Source of the DNA: Entomortierella parvispora E1425
Lineage: Eukaryota > Fungi > Mortierellomycota
Direction: 5' to 3'
Length of the DNA stretch: 64,000 nt
NCBI GenBank assembly: GCA_020891255.1
Contig: BQFW01000001.1
Span: 744,001-808,000, forward strand
The notes beneath the pieces were generated by a model. It was given only the letters and a program-made list of their open reading frames with translations. It was not told where the DNA came from and searched no databases. Both the position numbers and the translations under genes were made by a program. This document shows positions 12,863 through 26,890 of the stretch, in pieces; positions within the stretch are counted from its first letter, which is position 1, and every line of letters starts with the position of its first letter.

Positions 12863-14815
12863 ATGTCTGACGCACCACGCCGCTCCACCCGGTTGAACAA
12901 GGGCCAGGAAGAGGAAGCAAAGAAGACAAAGCACGCCGACCATGACGTCGAGATGGAGGATACCACAGACGCGACCAAGGACGGCGACAAGCCTGAGGAA
13001 AAGGTCCTCGGCGTCAAGGAGCTCGAGGCCATTGCCATTGCTGGTAAATGGAAGGAGGATTACTCTTGGACAGTTTTTGGCGCCATTTCCATTACTTGTC
13101 CTTCATGGACTGAATTCAGCTTCTAACGTGCATTCTTGTAACATTCGTCACCAGATATTAAACAGCACTTTGTCCTCTTCACAAAGTCTGCCAAGACTCA
13201 TGAGGCCCGTTTCGCCGTCCGTGCTCTTCGGTCGGTCAGCTCCCTTCGCAAGAGACTCACTGCTGCTGTCCTCGCTAGAACTATCGCCAGCTCTTACACC
13301 AAAGGTTCGGAATGCAACTATCAGGGCGGCAATTCGACTCGTGAATATCAACAGGAATTAACAGTTAGGCTCCTTCTTATTGATGAATCTAGATGAGGAA
13401 GAGCGCCAGCGTCTTTTGGGATATCTTGGACCAGAGGCATTGAGCAGCATTACTTCTGAGGATGAGGCAACTGTGACCAAGGTGGATACCCCTGAAGTTG
13501 GCGTGTACTTGCACCTTTTGGTCATGATCTACTTGCTCGATCAGGGCCAGATTGAGAAGGGCATTGAGCTTTCCAACGTGACAGTCAAGACAGTTCAGGA
13601 ATTGAACAGGAGATCTCTGGATCAATTGGCAGCCAAGGTCTACTTCTACTATGCCCGTTTCTACGAGCTGGCTGGACGTTTGGCCGAGATCCGACCTACC
13701 CTCTTGAATGCCCAACGCACAGCAACTCTTCGTCGCGATGACGACACTCAGTCGACTTTGATCAACTTGCTGTTGCGCAACTATTTCCACTACAACCTCT
13801 ATGATCAGGCTGACAAGCTGGTTTCCAAGACAACTTTCCCCGAAAACGCAACCAACAACCAGCTCGCTAGATACATGTACTACTTGGGCAGGATCAAGGC
13901 TATTCAGCTCGAGTACACGGAGAGTCACCAGAGTCTGTTGCAGGCCGTTCGTAAAGCCCCTCAAAACACTGTCACAGCTGGATTCCAACAGGAGGTATTT
14001 TCATTACACAGATTGTCCACACTATACAAGTGCTGAAGGGAACATTAAGGACTAATCTATATCATCCCATCGTTTCTTTACATAGGCCAACAAGCTGTTG
14101 ATTATTGTGCAGCTTTTGATGGGAGAGATCCCTGAGCGCTCGTTGTTCCGTCAGCCTGTGCTTCGTAAGGCTCTTGTGCCCTATTTCCAGATTACTCAGG
14201 CAGTGCGTGTTGGAGATTTGACAAAGTTCCAGGAGACTCTGGCCACACATGCAGCTACTTTCAACACAGACAAGAACTACACCTTGATCTTGCGTCTTCG
14301 CCACAACGTCATCAAGACTGGTATTCGCATGATTTCTCTCTCATACTCACGTATTTCATTGCGGGATGTTTGTTTGAAGTTGCATCTCGACAGCGAGGAG
14401 GATGCAGAGTATATTGTAGCCAAGTCCATCCGTGACGGAGTTATCGATGCCACCATTGACCACGAGAAGGGATTCATGCGATCTAAGGAGAATGTCGATA
14501 TCTACTCTACGAACGAGCCCCAGCACGCCTTCCACCAACGTATTGGTTTCTGTCTGAAGTTGCACAACGACTCTGTCAAGGTAACTATTGTTGAAGAAAA
14601 GATCGTTCGTAGAGGTTGACTACCTTTTAAGAGTTGCTTGTTAATGTTCCATTTCATTTTTATTTTATGATCACCAGGCCATGCGTTTCCCCCTCAAGGT
14701 CACCCCTAACCAGGATGCGGCCGAGTTGGAGGCTGCAAGAGATCAGGAAAAGACTTTGGTCCAGGAGATTGCAGAGGCCGACGAGGATATGGACGAGGAT
14801 CACGATGAGCTGTAA
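12863..14815 (+). CDS. RPN3: 26S proteasome lid subunit Rpn3/PSMD3
   Basis: Motifs [76 protein letters not shown]; multi-exon, ends HDEL* at 14815. Confidence 0.96.
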
Positions 14816-15135
14816 ATGAACCAAAGGAAAAAGCAGGATAGAAGCGCGATACCAATTGGCAGTTCGGTCTTTTTTTCATGTCTTTCAACATTACACTCTT
14901 TCAGTCTAAAATGATCGCGAATAATAAAAAAACCAGAAAGCCCAAGTTGTGAGCGACCATTCTGAGCGCAGCGAGGGCAAGGGTGAGGATCGCAGTCACG
15001 AAACGTGGCGCTTTTGAGGTCGATGAATGGCGGAATGCATGCATCATCTCTTTAACTCTGCCCAGGAACGCATCTCTCAGGAACAGCATCAAACTCATTT
15101 GCGCAGGACAACTGGGGGAATATACACACTCATTA

Positions 15136-17533
15136 ATGACATTACCCAAGGACAGAACCGCCGCCCAAGGTACCTCATCTCGGCATGCAAGCTTTCTGCA
15201 TGCATGTCAAAAGCGTGCCGTCACCAATAGAAAAAAGGCCTTTGTTCTGACAACCTCTGCAACATCCTTTGTCCACCATACTGCCTCCTTTTCCCTCTTC
15301 CTTCCCACCTCTCCTCTTTTCTCTGCTACAACTGAACTTCTTAGATCGGACAAGGCGAATGGTTCTGCTGTCGATCTGGATAGCGATCCTCTTGGGCTTC
15401 CCTCTTTGGTGGAAGACTACACGCGTCTATAGAGCCGAGCTGCCTTTTGATGAAGTTGAGCAGTGGAGCCAGTGGTCGGTAAGGAACTCACAGACGAGGA
15501 GCTACGTCTCTTTTCGAACGAAGGAAAGGGAGGGGGGCTGCAACCAAAAGCATGGCATCCCCGCGTCACTTGACTGACCATTCATTTTTTTTTTTCGTTT
15601 CTTTTATAGTCTTGTCGACCAGCTTTCCCACTCAAGATCAACGTACACCTTTCAGACGCTGTGTCATTACCGGGATCAGTCAACCCACAACAACAACACG
15701 AGGCGATCGTGTCAGAGATTATCAACAAAGTCCAAAGTTCCTCCCCCTCCTCAGGATCGCAAAACCTGCCGCTGGAGGTCGTCTTGGTCGATCAAGCATG
15801 GAGGGGTACCAAGGAGCAGGATATTCTTGGTAAATTGGGCGTCCAACAGCAAAAAGACTCGAAATCGGACAGAGACAAACACTCTTCTGTTCCCACGTTT
15901 CCCTGATTTCTCTATGGAGTTTTGTGGAGCCATCATCGAAACGATACTTACTTTTTTTTATTTTCGTGATTTCTGAAACTAGATCGACCCAGCGCTGTCC
16001 CCGGCACCTACGACTTTTACATCAGCCCCACCAGCTCTACTTCCAAAAAGACGAGTGTTTCGATCAAGAGTCAGCGTCAGGGGTGGATTCAGGTCGCGGA
16101 TTGGACGCAGGATCAGATTTCGAGTGCTGTGGCAGAGACCTTGGAGCGCGTTTTTGGGTCCGAGAGAACAAAGATTCAAAAGCTTTTGGATCGTCAGGAC
16201 GAGGAAGAGGCGGCCAAGGTGAAGACGGCTGTCAAGTATGCATCGGGCTATCAGTTGACGTTCAGTCTTTTCAGCGGCGACACTTCGAATGGAGTTCGCG
16301 AGTGGAAGATGCAAGAGGCCATCAATAGTAAGAGGAACATATTGACCTACAAGAAAGAGCAGATGGAAAAGGAGACGAGTGATGGATATATAGATGTCAG
16401 ACATGTACTAACATTATTTTACTTTACATTTTAGCCTACATGGCACCTTTCTTGAGAACCATGTCAGTGGTGTCAAAGTTCACAGTGGAGTCGCAAGTTC
16501 AGCATTATGCTTCGTTGACCTTTCAGCCAGATCTGGACGCAACCGCCAAGGAGTACTACTTGACGCCTGACAAGTTGCCCAACTTTATCAACACTGCCGA
16601 ATGGAGCCTTGGTAAGTATCCTTTTGATTGTCCTTCCCTTTATTCAAGTGAAAAAAAGACTAAAATCACCTCCTTTTGCTTTCTTCACTAGCTTCCACGG
16701 TTTCATCCTTGCCTTCTCTCAACTTTTTGGTCTATGTCCCTCCAGCAGACCAAAGTCCCTTGGTCATCAAATCAGGACCAGGAGCACCTCCATCCAAGAC
16801 CAACTCGTTCTTGATCCCCCGATGGGGCGGTATCACGGTCCTGAACCGCCCTGCCAATGACCCCATCCTCACCGTCTCTGAGCTCGAGCCCGTCATGAAG
16901 ATCTTTTTGAGCCAATTGCGTGATCTCTTGGGTCTCTCGGACCTCTCCACCTCTGTGCCCGCTGGCTCTTTCCCCATTACCTTCCAAAAGAACGAAGCCA
17001 CGTCCATGACGACCTGGGAACTCGATCAATTGCTTAGGAAGCGTATCAGCGAAAACTTGGTAGATTCGATCAAGACGTTGGGTTCTCTCGCTCGACTGGT
17101 GGCGGATACCCCCAACATGGTGGTTTTGGATCCCATCCAGGAAGATGTGACGCAAGCACTTTTGGATGTCAAGGCTGCCTGCGAAAAGGTCCAGGGATCG
17201 TCCTCTTCGTCACTGTCTACAGGATCGGCGGTCGAGGAGGCTTTGCAACATTCCAGAGATGCGTTGGAAAAGGCAGAGAGTGCCTTCTTTGACCCCACCA
17301 TGGTGTCGATGCTGTATTTCCCAGACGAGCACAAGTATGCCATCTACATGCCTTTGTTCGTGCCCATCTCTGTGCCTTTGCTCTTGTCCTTGTTGAAGGA
17401 GCTCAAGAAATGGGCAGCCGCCAAGAAGGAGGCCAAAGCCAAGGCGTCGGCCAAGAAGACCGCGGGTCAGGACGCAGATGCAGAGCATGTCCATGACAGG
17501 AAGGAGGAGGCGGAAGATAGGAAGACAAAGTAG
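15136..17533 (+). CDS. GPI17: GPI transamidase subunit PIG-S/Gpi17
   Basis: ILLGFPLWWKTTRVYRAELP, FLIPRWGGITVLN, AESAFFDPTMVSMLYFPDEHKYAIYMPLF; multi-exon with a short first exon MTLPKDRTAAQ. Confidence 0.93.
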
Positions 17534-17984
17534 ATATGTTCAATATTTAGAGGACCACTACTTTCTTCAAATGGGGGGGTTTTTTTTGTATGGACATCAC
17601 CTATTGTTAGAACGCAATGCATTTGTACGAGGGTTTTGTATTATTTTTTGTTTGGGTTGAAATACTCTAATTGAGCGCAACGGTGTATTTCTCGAGATGA
17701 CAAGGGGAGGGGGAGGGATGTTCTTTTTGAAATGGTTTGAATAGAAAAAAAAAACGGTTCAAGGAAAAGGTGAAGGTATTGGTACATGGTTCGAAAAAGT
17801 AGATGGAAGAAGATGGCGTAGATGAAAAGGAAGGAAAAGTGAAACGAAAGAGAGGGATAATTGTACAAAGAGAGATGATGATGAAGGACGGGTGAGCGTG
17901 TATAAAAAAAAAAAGAAAAAAAAAAGAAGTTGCGTCGCAGCGGATCGAGGATTCCAGTGGGCATGGAAAAAGAGGCTATGTTTT

Positions 17985-19507
17985 TTAAACAGGGTTTCCG
18001 TCCTTGTCGTAGAGCCCTTCTACAAAGGCAGGATGCAACTGTTTTTGAACATAGGTTCTGCAAGGAGAGAGGAGAGTGTGATCCGGTTAGTGTCTGATAA
18101 AAGTACAAAAGACGAGGCAAGGCGTTGTCCCTGATTCAGCCAACGACAAGACTAGAAAACTTACGAAAAGGTACTCTTGGGGGTGCCCAGGAAGTACCGC
18201 CCCTTGGCCGACACCACGGCGTCGACCATGGGAATCAAATCTTTACTCAAGCCCACATCGTCCGTATTCCGCATCTCCTTGAGCTCCTGCAAGTGCTCCG
18301 AAAAGTCGTCCAGGGTAAAGATGCAAGGGAAATGATCAAACAGTTTGCGGAACAGGATATTCCTCCTGGGATACACGCCATCCGTCGCAATGTAAATCGT
18401 CCTGAACCGGCCTCCTTCGGCTTGACGCGCCCGACACTCCTGATGCGTCAATCGCAAAGGCGCTGCCAGCTGCCAGCCTCCTGCGGCCCCTTGAACGTGC
18501 GGATAGTCCGCAATGGGCGTAATACCGGTAATGTTGACCAGGCTCTTGAACATGTTTTCGATATTGACCGGCGCCGGCTCCACAAACATGCCATCGCCCA
18601 CCCGCAAATGCAAGCCGATAAAGCCACCAAGTCCGCCCATCTTTTCCACAATGGCGTTGGAGGTCTTGACCAAGATGGGCGTCGACAAGATCATGGTCCG
18701 TCTCAGGAACTGTTGGTACTCCTTGTGCGCGGGCAATTCGGCCAAGACGCGACCCGTGGCAAAAAGGGAACCCATATGCAAGACTCTGTGAGGGACGTCC
18801 TCCAACTCCTTGAGATCCAGGCGTCGCATGTACCTTGCCCTGTTCAAGGGCGTCTGTGAAAGGGGGTTGTCATAAATTTGATAGTCATAATGGGCGCGGT
18901 CCTTGACGATATAGATGTCCCTTTCCCGATCGACGCCCAAGTGTGTTTCCATCCACGCAAACGAATGGTCGGCTCTGAACCGCCAGGGCTGCTTCTCGCG
19001 GATCTTTTCCATGTCGTAAAAAAAGTCCCACTCGACGGTCGTCCAAGAATAGTAGTTTAGGCACTCGGCCGGCAGGGGCTCGCCTTTGGGGATCCGACCA
19101 CAGTGATCCAGTCCTCGCTTGGTCTGGAGCAGGATCCTTCTCAGCAAGACATCAAACAGCCGCCACTCGGTCGCCGGTCCCAAAAACACGGGCGGCACCA
19201 ACAGCGTCCTGTTCAGGTACTTTGCCAAAAGCAGGGCGTTCTCGAGGGTGATTCTCTGGTTATGGAAGCCACTGTGGGGCAGGTAGGCCAGGTAGCGCTC
19301 CTTGGGGTTGTAAGAAGGGAAGGGAACGAGACCTTTTTGGAGCAAAAGCTCTTTTTCGCGTTGTTGGTTATGGGATTTAGCGTTCCTGGAGCCAGAAGAG
19401 GTCAGGGTTTGGTTGGCAAGTGAGCTGACATGGTGGTAAATGAGGGCGAGGACGAGATTGGAGATGAGGATGAAGCAGAGGATCAGCTTTTTGGATTGTA
19501 TCAGCAT
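17985..19507 (-). CDS. O-fucosyltransferase-family (CigA-like) type II membrane glycosyltransferase
   Basis: N-terminal signal anchor, YLAYLPHSGFHNQRITLENA..LNRTLLVPP, FIGLHLRVGDG, IYIATD and FLGTPKSTFS. A 3' intron (GTAAGT..TTGCAG) adds TYVQKQLHPAFVEGLYDKDGNPV*. Confidence 0.85.
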
Positions 19508-22500
19508 CCTGGGTGGAGTGTGTGCCCCTGGTCGTCAGGGAAGGAAGAGAGAGAAAACAGAAGAAGAGAGAGAGAAAGAGAAAGAAAAAGAGGTGCAATT
19601 GCAACAGAAGAAAGAAAGAAAGAAAGAGCAAAGAGTAAAAGAAAAGAGGAGAAGGGTATAAGGCGGCGGAAGAGTAAGAGCTGGGCGTAAAGAAGGGAGG
19701 AGAGAAGAAAGAGAGCCAAGGGAGCCAAGGGAGTCAAGGAAGCAAGGAAGTAACGAAGGGAGAAAGAGAGAGAGAGAGAGAGAGAAGAAAGAAGAAAGAA
19801 AGAAAAAGAAGTAGAGAGGAAAAAGAAAGCAAAGGGAGGAAGAAGACGGGGCGAACAAACAGTGCGTCTCTTCCCGGGGGTGTCTGTTTCTCTCTATCTA
19901 CTGCATGTATGTGCTATTATCAGTCCCTGACGGACATACAGCCGACGCAGACAACGCAGGGCGGAGAGAAAGAGGAAAGGCAAAGACAAAGACTGACGGA
20001 CAGGGCGCCAGAACGGGGATCAGATCGGCGTGGATGATCTGCTGTGTCCGCGTGTGTGTTGCTGTGTGGTCTCTGACTCTCCTCCTCGTGACGAGGGCTG
20101 TCTTGTCTCTCTTTTGTCTTCTGTCTTCTGCTGTGTGCCTGCACCCCACACCCGTCGTGATGGTGATCACCCTGATCAGCTTGCATCCCTCTCCTCATGT
20201 CGAAAGGTTGTCGGCCTCCTCTTTCTGTCTTGTCGCCTTTCCCTATTTTTAGCTAGTGGGCGCGAGGGAAGGGGTGTTGACCAGCTGGAAAAGGCATGTT
20301 GTCCCTGTGCTTCGAATGCGTCGCGTTTCCCTTCCCTCTTTTGTGTTTGTGGCCTGCTGGGCGGCGTGGGCGTGGGCCTGGGCGCGTGCTCTGTTCGCAA
20401 CTATCTCCAGTGGCAGTGGCAGGGAATGTGCAATGCATCTGTTCCGTTTTCTCTCCTTTAGTTCTTCCGTCCTCATTTCCACGCTCCCCCCCTTTGCCAT
20501 TCACCCCTCATTCCTACCCGCCTCGTTCTTTTTGGCGCCCCAAAAATAAACCTTGACTGAATGGTGGCGCATTCCCATTCTTTTTTTTCCTCGGTTGATC
20601 AATGAGCGAATCTCTGGAAAAAGACAAGGTTGGTGGGTTGAGAGCAGTAGGCAACAAAAAGAGAGAGAAATAGCAAGACGGACATCTTCCCCCCCCCATC
20701 CCATCCCATTCAGACAAACGATATTGTAGCCGACCAGCCAGCCTGCACCCTATCCTGTTTGCTCACTTGTCTGTGCCTTGCAGAATGAAGAGGAACAGCT
20801 GAACAAGAACACACAAAACCATCGTTGAGGTCTATCTATTCTCCAAAGGCTCTCAATTGAAACCACGCAACACACGCAACGTTTTTTTCTCTGCATTCAT
20901 TCTTTGCCTTCTCTTTGGACTTTGGTTGTGATCAGTCAAAAAGCTTTCGACCTCGGTCGGTTCTACGTTCCAGACCGGAATGACAGCCATTGGCGGATGG
21001 ACTAGTCCTCATGGAGGGTTGTGGCTAGGTGAATACGACCCTACAACGAGACTCACTAACGGACAGACAAATGCAGATTTGCACATGTACGCCTTCTGCT
21101 GGAACGAGAATAGCTTCTGCGCATTGGCGCAGGGATATCTCGGATAGAATGGCGTTGCATGAATGAATAGGGTCTTCCAGGGACAGTTGGACAAAAACAA
21201 AAACAAAAAAAAAAAAAACGTATTTTTAAAAAAAGATCCAGGCGGGTGTCATCATCATCTTGATCATGATCTCGTCGTAGAGACTGGGGTTGCTTGCGCC
21301 CTTGCCCTGCTGCTCTGTCGTGTGTCTGTCTGTCATGCTCCCCCTTTCCTACCTGGTCGTTCTCCCTCGTCACCGTCAAGGCGTGTCGAGAGAGATGGAC
21401 ACTCGATCCTTACTTGGATGACCTGATTTGAGCAAAACAGACAGTCTCTGCCTTCCTTTACGACCGAGTCCACTCGAGGAGAGATACATTCCTAACAATA
21501 ACATCAATGTTGAGGGCCAGGCCGCAAACAGAGAGAGAGGCAAAGACAGAGAGAGGTATGCTCTCAAGATCGGAAACACAAAAGGTCTCTTTTTTTGGGT
21601 TTTACCACCTGGTCTCTGGCGAAAATGGAAGTATCTCTTTTTTTGAACTTCCACGTTTGCTCTCTTGCTGTTGTTTCTTCACATCCATTCCACCTCGAGG
21701 GAGATGCAAGAGAGGGCGAAGGTTACAAAGAAAGATAGAGAGCATGCATCCATAAAGTTGAACAGCTTCTTTCTTTGTGCAACACACCCAACACGGAGGG
21801 GGAGAGAGAGAGAAAAGAGAGCAACAAGACGTCGCTCGTCGCCGCTTTGGTTTAGTGCCTGTGCCCTTGGCTCTTGTTTTTTTTCTTGGTAAAATTTCGG
21901 ACCTTACCCGGGTAACGCTCCTGAAAAAACACGGGGCGTTGCATGTATGTTTGGACATGACACCACTGCATAGTACTGGTAATTGAAGAATGGGCAGATT
22001 GGGCGTAAAACAAAAATCGAGTGGAAAAGAAACAACAATTGCACGCAGTCCTTGTGCCTTTCATTCCATTTTACTGAAATGGGGCACCGTCATTGACCTT
22101 TCAATGGGAGACCCCTTGGCATGGCAACAGGGCTGTCGTTTGAGTGAAGGTTTGGTTGCCACGCAAAGAGATAATGGCGTCTTAAGTAAGGTCCACATTT
22201 ATTTGAACGTAATTCCTTGGAACGGAACCTGCACTCTACAGGTAGCGCACAAGGAGCCATTACACAGCCAAGCGTTTCTTGGTCAAGGTGCCTCTACACG
22301 GCCCCTTCCATGTAGATTGTATCGTTGCAGATGTCAGCGATTGCCGTGATGGAACGTTGAAGTAGCAACCCTGGGCAGTTCACGTTGGTGATCATCCAGG
22401 TCATATTTACTTGCTGAATGTGGGATGAACAGAGAACATGGAAATATACTGCAATTGACGTTGAAGGACCTTGCCGGAGGGGGTCAGATTTCGGTGGTAA

Positions 22501-22758
22501 TGGCGTAAAAATATACTGCCCCCTGGCCCCAAAAGCCATATCGCTGTGCTTGCGATTTGACCTAGCCAGCAGCAGCTTGGAGGGTATCCAATTAATTAGA
22601 AACAACTTGCGACAACATCAGGAACATGAGTGCTTTGGATGCAATCTGAAAAGAGGATGATGAGTTTAGGCAATTAAAAGGCCGTAGACAATTACATCCT
22701 GTTGTGAGGTTCGGTGTTGGGGAACCTTTCAACCTGCCATCTTTTTTAATATCTGAAA

Positions 22759-22792
<34 letters not shown>

Positions 22793-22982
22793 CCATGCCT
22801 GTCAAGGTTGAAATGATATGGTCTAATAGTTTCAAGCATTGTCCATCTTCTACAATCTACCCTGGTGTTGAAATTAATCCAAAGTTGAATCGAATGCATC
22901 TCGATTATATAACAGAGTCTTCAATCGATATTGAGCCTCCCGACGTAGTTGGCTATAGCCTCCAGCACTGAAAATCACAGCT

Positions 22983-23117
22983 CTAGATTTCTGATCCGGA
23001 AACACTATAACCGTGCGAGGGCGCTTCTGATAGAGTATCAGGAGCAGGCGCACCCTGGACGACATCGGCGAGGAGCAGGATGGATGCGAGCAATGAAAGG
23101 GTAGCTAAGGATTGCAT
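22983..23117 (-). CDS. Small secreted peptide precursor (44 aa), possibly frameshift-truncated
   Basis: MQSLATLSLLASILLLADVVQG-APAP looks like a signal peptide; TATATAA at 23198-23192 upstream. Confidence 0.4.
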   Translation of the reverse strand: MQSLATLSLLASILLLADVVQGAPAPDTLSEAPSHGYSVSGSEI

Positions 23118-23388
23118 ATTATCGTGGTGCTGGGTGTTGGGATGAAGAGACGGACGAGTGTTGACTTTTGAAAACTGGTGTCGTCCTATTCTTATATAGC
23201 TGATCCAACATGCGGACATCGTACCAGGCACCAGGTTTTTTATGTTTGGAGGGGAGTTCCAAAGCGACGACGCAATGTTGTCTGGTGTAGCCATCTCCTA
23301 GATTTGACACTGGAACTAGACTGGCCTAAACTAGACATTGATCTATAGCTGAATATTCCAAGGCCTTGTTCATCGCGACTCGTCGCCC

Positions 23389-23420
<32 letters not shown>

Positions 23421-23674
23421 GATCCATCTAACCTTCTTTGGACTCGCCTCTTGCGAACTAGCAAAGGACTGACAAAAGACATTGATAATTTGATAGATTC
23501 GTGCCAAATGAATGGGCAGAGGCGGCAGAGAACTGGAACAAATTTTATGCAAATGAATGGTTAACCCACCATTTTTAGGAGGCAAAAGGCATGTGCAACT
23601 CAACAAGGAAAGACACGCACCGATTATTCATCGAATAAAAGACCAATCTATGAGGAATACAGAACAAGCACTTT

Positions 23675-25295
23675 TTATTTTTTGACAGGACGAGCTGTCA
23701 GCACCTCAACACCAGTCTTCGTGACAACCATGGTCTGCTCAAATTGTGCGGATCGTTTTCCGTCCTGGGTAACAACAGTCCAGTCATCGGGCCACACCTC
23801 ATCCTTCCAGGTACCCTCGTTGATCATGGGTTCGATCGTGAAGACGTGTCCCACCTTCATCACACCAATGGCCTTGTTGCGCGCATAGTGGGGAATGTCG
23901 GGCAAGGCATGGAAGTAACGGTGAACTCCGTGACCGACATATGCCTTGACCACAGAGAATCCTTGAGTATCGGCATGACCTTCGATAGCATTTCCAAGAT
24001 CTCTGTATAGCGCGCCGGGCTTGACTAATGGATCCCACAAAATACAAAAAGAAAAAACAAAGAGAGTCAGAAAAAACTGTTGGAGAGCAACAAGCCTCGA
24101 TCGGCTCCCAATCGCAGAGGAGATAAAAGGAACGTACCCAAGGCAATGGCCTTTTCAAGACACTCGCGTGCATTCTTGATCAATCGCAATCCGTCAGCAT
24201 CGACATTGCCCACGGGCACAGTCTCGTTCAAGTCAGAGTGGAATCCGTCCTTGTAAATGCTGACATCGAGGTTCACAATATCTCCATCGCGGAAGGGGCG
24301 CTGATCAGGCACACCGTGGCAAATGACCTCGTTCACAGAGACACAGCACGACTTTTTGAAGCCGTTGTAGTTCAAGGGCGAAGGATAGGCTCCTCGCTCA
24401 ATCGTGGCCTCGTGGATAATCCTGTCAATCTCATCACTGGTCACGCCCACTGCCATAGCTGCAATTCCAATATCCATGATCTCACGAGCAGTCTATTCCC
24501 GGAAAATAAAAAGTAGGTAAACATGGAGTTACTGAATTAGTGTAACTGTGGGGTTGATAATTGTAATTTGTTACGCAGTCCATTGAAATCGACTGTGGCA
24601 CTTTACCTGGCAGACCTTGCGCAAGACATCAATGTCCTTCTCGGGGAGAGCCTCAATTCTTCCGGTCCTACGATTGATTTTTTCCGATACGGGGTTTCCA
24701 GTCTGAGCATAGTCAGGCTTTGGAATGTGATCAGGAACAGTACGGCGAGGCGTCAATGGGTAGAAGGGTCGAAGGGGTCCTGTATATCTGGTGCCGGGCC
24801 ATGGGTCCGAACCACCCTCCTCTGTTCATGCCAGCGACAAGTTAAGCAAACACAATTGCCATGTTTTGTGATGGATCCAGGAAACGCAACAAAAAAAAAA
24901 AAAAAAGAAAGAAAAAAGTCAGCCCCCTTGCAAATCACCACGTGCTGAAAGCATTGTAGAGCAGCGAACCTCCAGCGGGTCCCTTGGTAAGGGCGGCGAT
25001 CTTGTGGATGGCCTTGTGGGTTGCCTGTTGTGGATTGGGAGGTACAATGGAAGGTACAGTGATAAGTGACCTGGCCGAGTTTAAGTGCCTGTGCCTGTAA
25101 GTGTTGACAAGAACCCCCCTTCCTTCCACCCTCCTTATTTTCCCTTAAATTGGACGGTACCCAGTTCTCCTTGAAGCATGTCTGAGAGCAAAAGAAAGAG
25201 TCTGGGATGTCGAGTTTAAGACAGCTAGGGCACTGGAGTGCAGCTGGTTTTGAGCAGTTCAAGCCCTGGCAGACATGTTCTGATGAGGGTGCCAT
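23675..25295 (-). CDS. MAP1: Methionine aminopeptidase 1 with N-terminal zinc finger
   Basis: [81 protein letters not shown]; multi-exon. Confidence 0.97.
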
Positions 25296-26890
25296 TGTGG
25301 GAGAAAGAAAAAAAGAGAATGGAACAAGGTGCAGCACCGCATGCCATGAAAAAAATCTGTATGTGTCACGTGATTTTGTTTCCGTTTCCGGGTTTGAACT
25401 CTAGGACAAGCAACGACGGTGTATGATCTCAGAGTGAAGAGCGTTGCTGACGATCAGCATCTCCACAGAGTCTTAGATCGTTCTAGACAAAGGTCGTTCT
25501 AGCACATCAAGATAACGGCCTCGTCCTTGAAATGAAGAGACTGTTCCATGCACATACCAGGCTACCAGGACTCGATTTGTGTTATACCCAGCGAGACAAA
25601 TCAGTCAAAGACTCGAGCTCGTGCAGTCCATCAAGTATCGCTTGGAAAGAACAAAAACAAAACGAAAGGCGATTGAGGTTGTTACACAAGGGGACCGGTG
25701 GTGTGTGGCCAATACGCCACCAAATCTCGCGCCACTAACTAAAATCTCGAGTAGCGTCACCAACTTGTTCATGGTGTTGGCTGTCAGGCTTGGGGTAATT
25801 TCTTTCCCTCCAATTTCAAGCTAGGAGCAATAGTCAGCAAACACCAATAAACGAAGCTGAATCCAGCTTTGCAGCGCACTCTTCTAGAGGCTGGCAAAAA
25901 TATCGCGTATTGAATGCGGCTGCAATCGTTGCCGTTGTACCGGAGTTGTACCACAGTTGAACCGGTGGCTGGTTCGCTGGGTCCGCGCGTCCGCCGTGAT
26001 GGACACTATTCTTGGTCTTTGACAGCCAGGAATGATGGAAGAACTGGGCACGTATATATATTTTTAAAGAAAGAATGCGGGAAACGGAAAAAGGGGCGGG
26101 AAAGAAATGAGCGGACCCGACGATAATAACTTGATATTAACTATTGAGGTGCCAGTAGCCATTCTCCACTGTTTGGGACGGTCGAGCAGAGCAACGTGTC
26201 GTGTCCTAAAGGGAAACTATAGATTGATGCATCAGCAAAGAACAGATCGCGTTCCTGTTGCAGCGAGATCATGGTCACCCTTACTGCCTGTAACAGTATG
26301 ATAGTTGTACGGTGACATCACGCGATCCACGCCTATCTTGTCTCCACTTCGTTGCCAGTACTCCTATTGCACTGTCGGACCATATCTCAAGAGTGGACAC
26401 TAGCAGCAGCCCGACTTGCCCTTGTCGCATTGCTTCGTTCAACAGCCAGGGTTGAAGAGAGCTCTACTCTTTAATATCAAGAGATGTACTGCCTTTTGCG
26501 TGCCTTGGGTACATAAAGGTGAAGTCAACAGCAGATTGGAGAAGTATAATCCTTTGGCGCCAATTGTGCACTATGACCTGCTCCAAAGTGCCAAAGCAAT
26601 TTCAGAAATGCTAGCACGTCTGTAATCTGTTGATTTCACGGTAGCTGAACTCTTTTGGCTGCTCTGGGCTTTTCATGCGATCGCAAGTGGGCTCTCGGAG
26701 AGACGTCTGTGACAAACTCGGCCTCACTCACCACGCACTTGCACTTTTTCTCGTATTACAGGTAAATTAGTAGAACTCTCTTTCTATTCTGGGCGAGAGA
26801 TCCAATTGCACCGGGAGGCGGTATGTATAAAAGACAGACCACTGTGGAATTATTCCCCTCAGTTCTCACTCCCATTCCTAACCGTTAAAC

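Noticed and set aside
13389-13988. 199-aa minus-strand ORF
   Set aside because: Antisense shadow of RPN3.
18125-18859. 244-aa plus-strand ORF
   Set aside because: Antisense shadow of the O-fucosyltransferase gene.
19500-21960. Many short ORFs in purine/pyrimidine-skewed sequence
   Set aside because: Low-complexity UTR/promoter-like DNA with no recognisable motifs or consistent splice structure.
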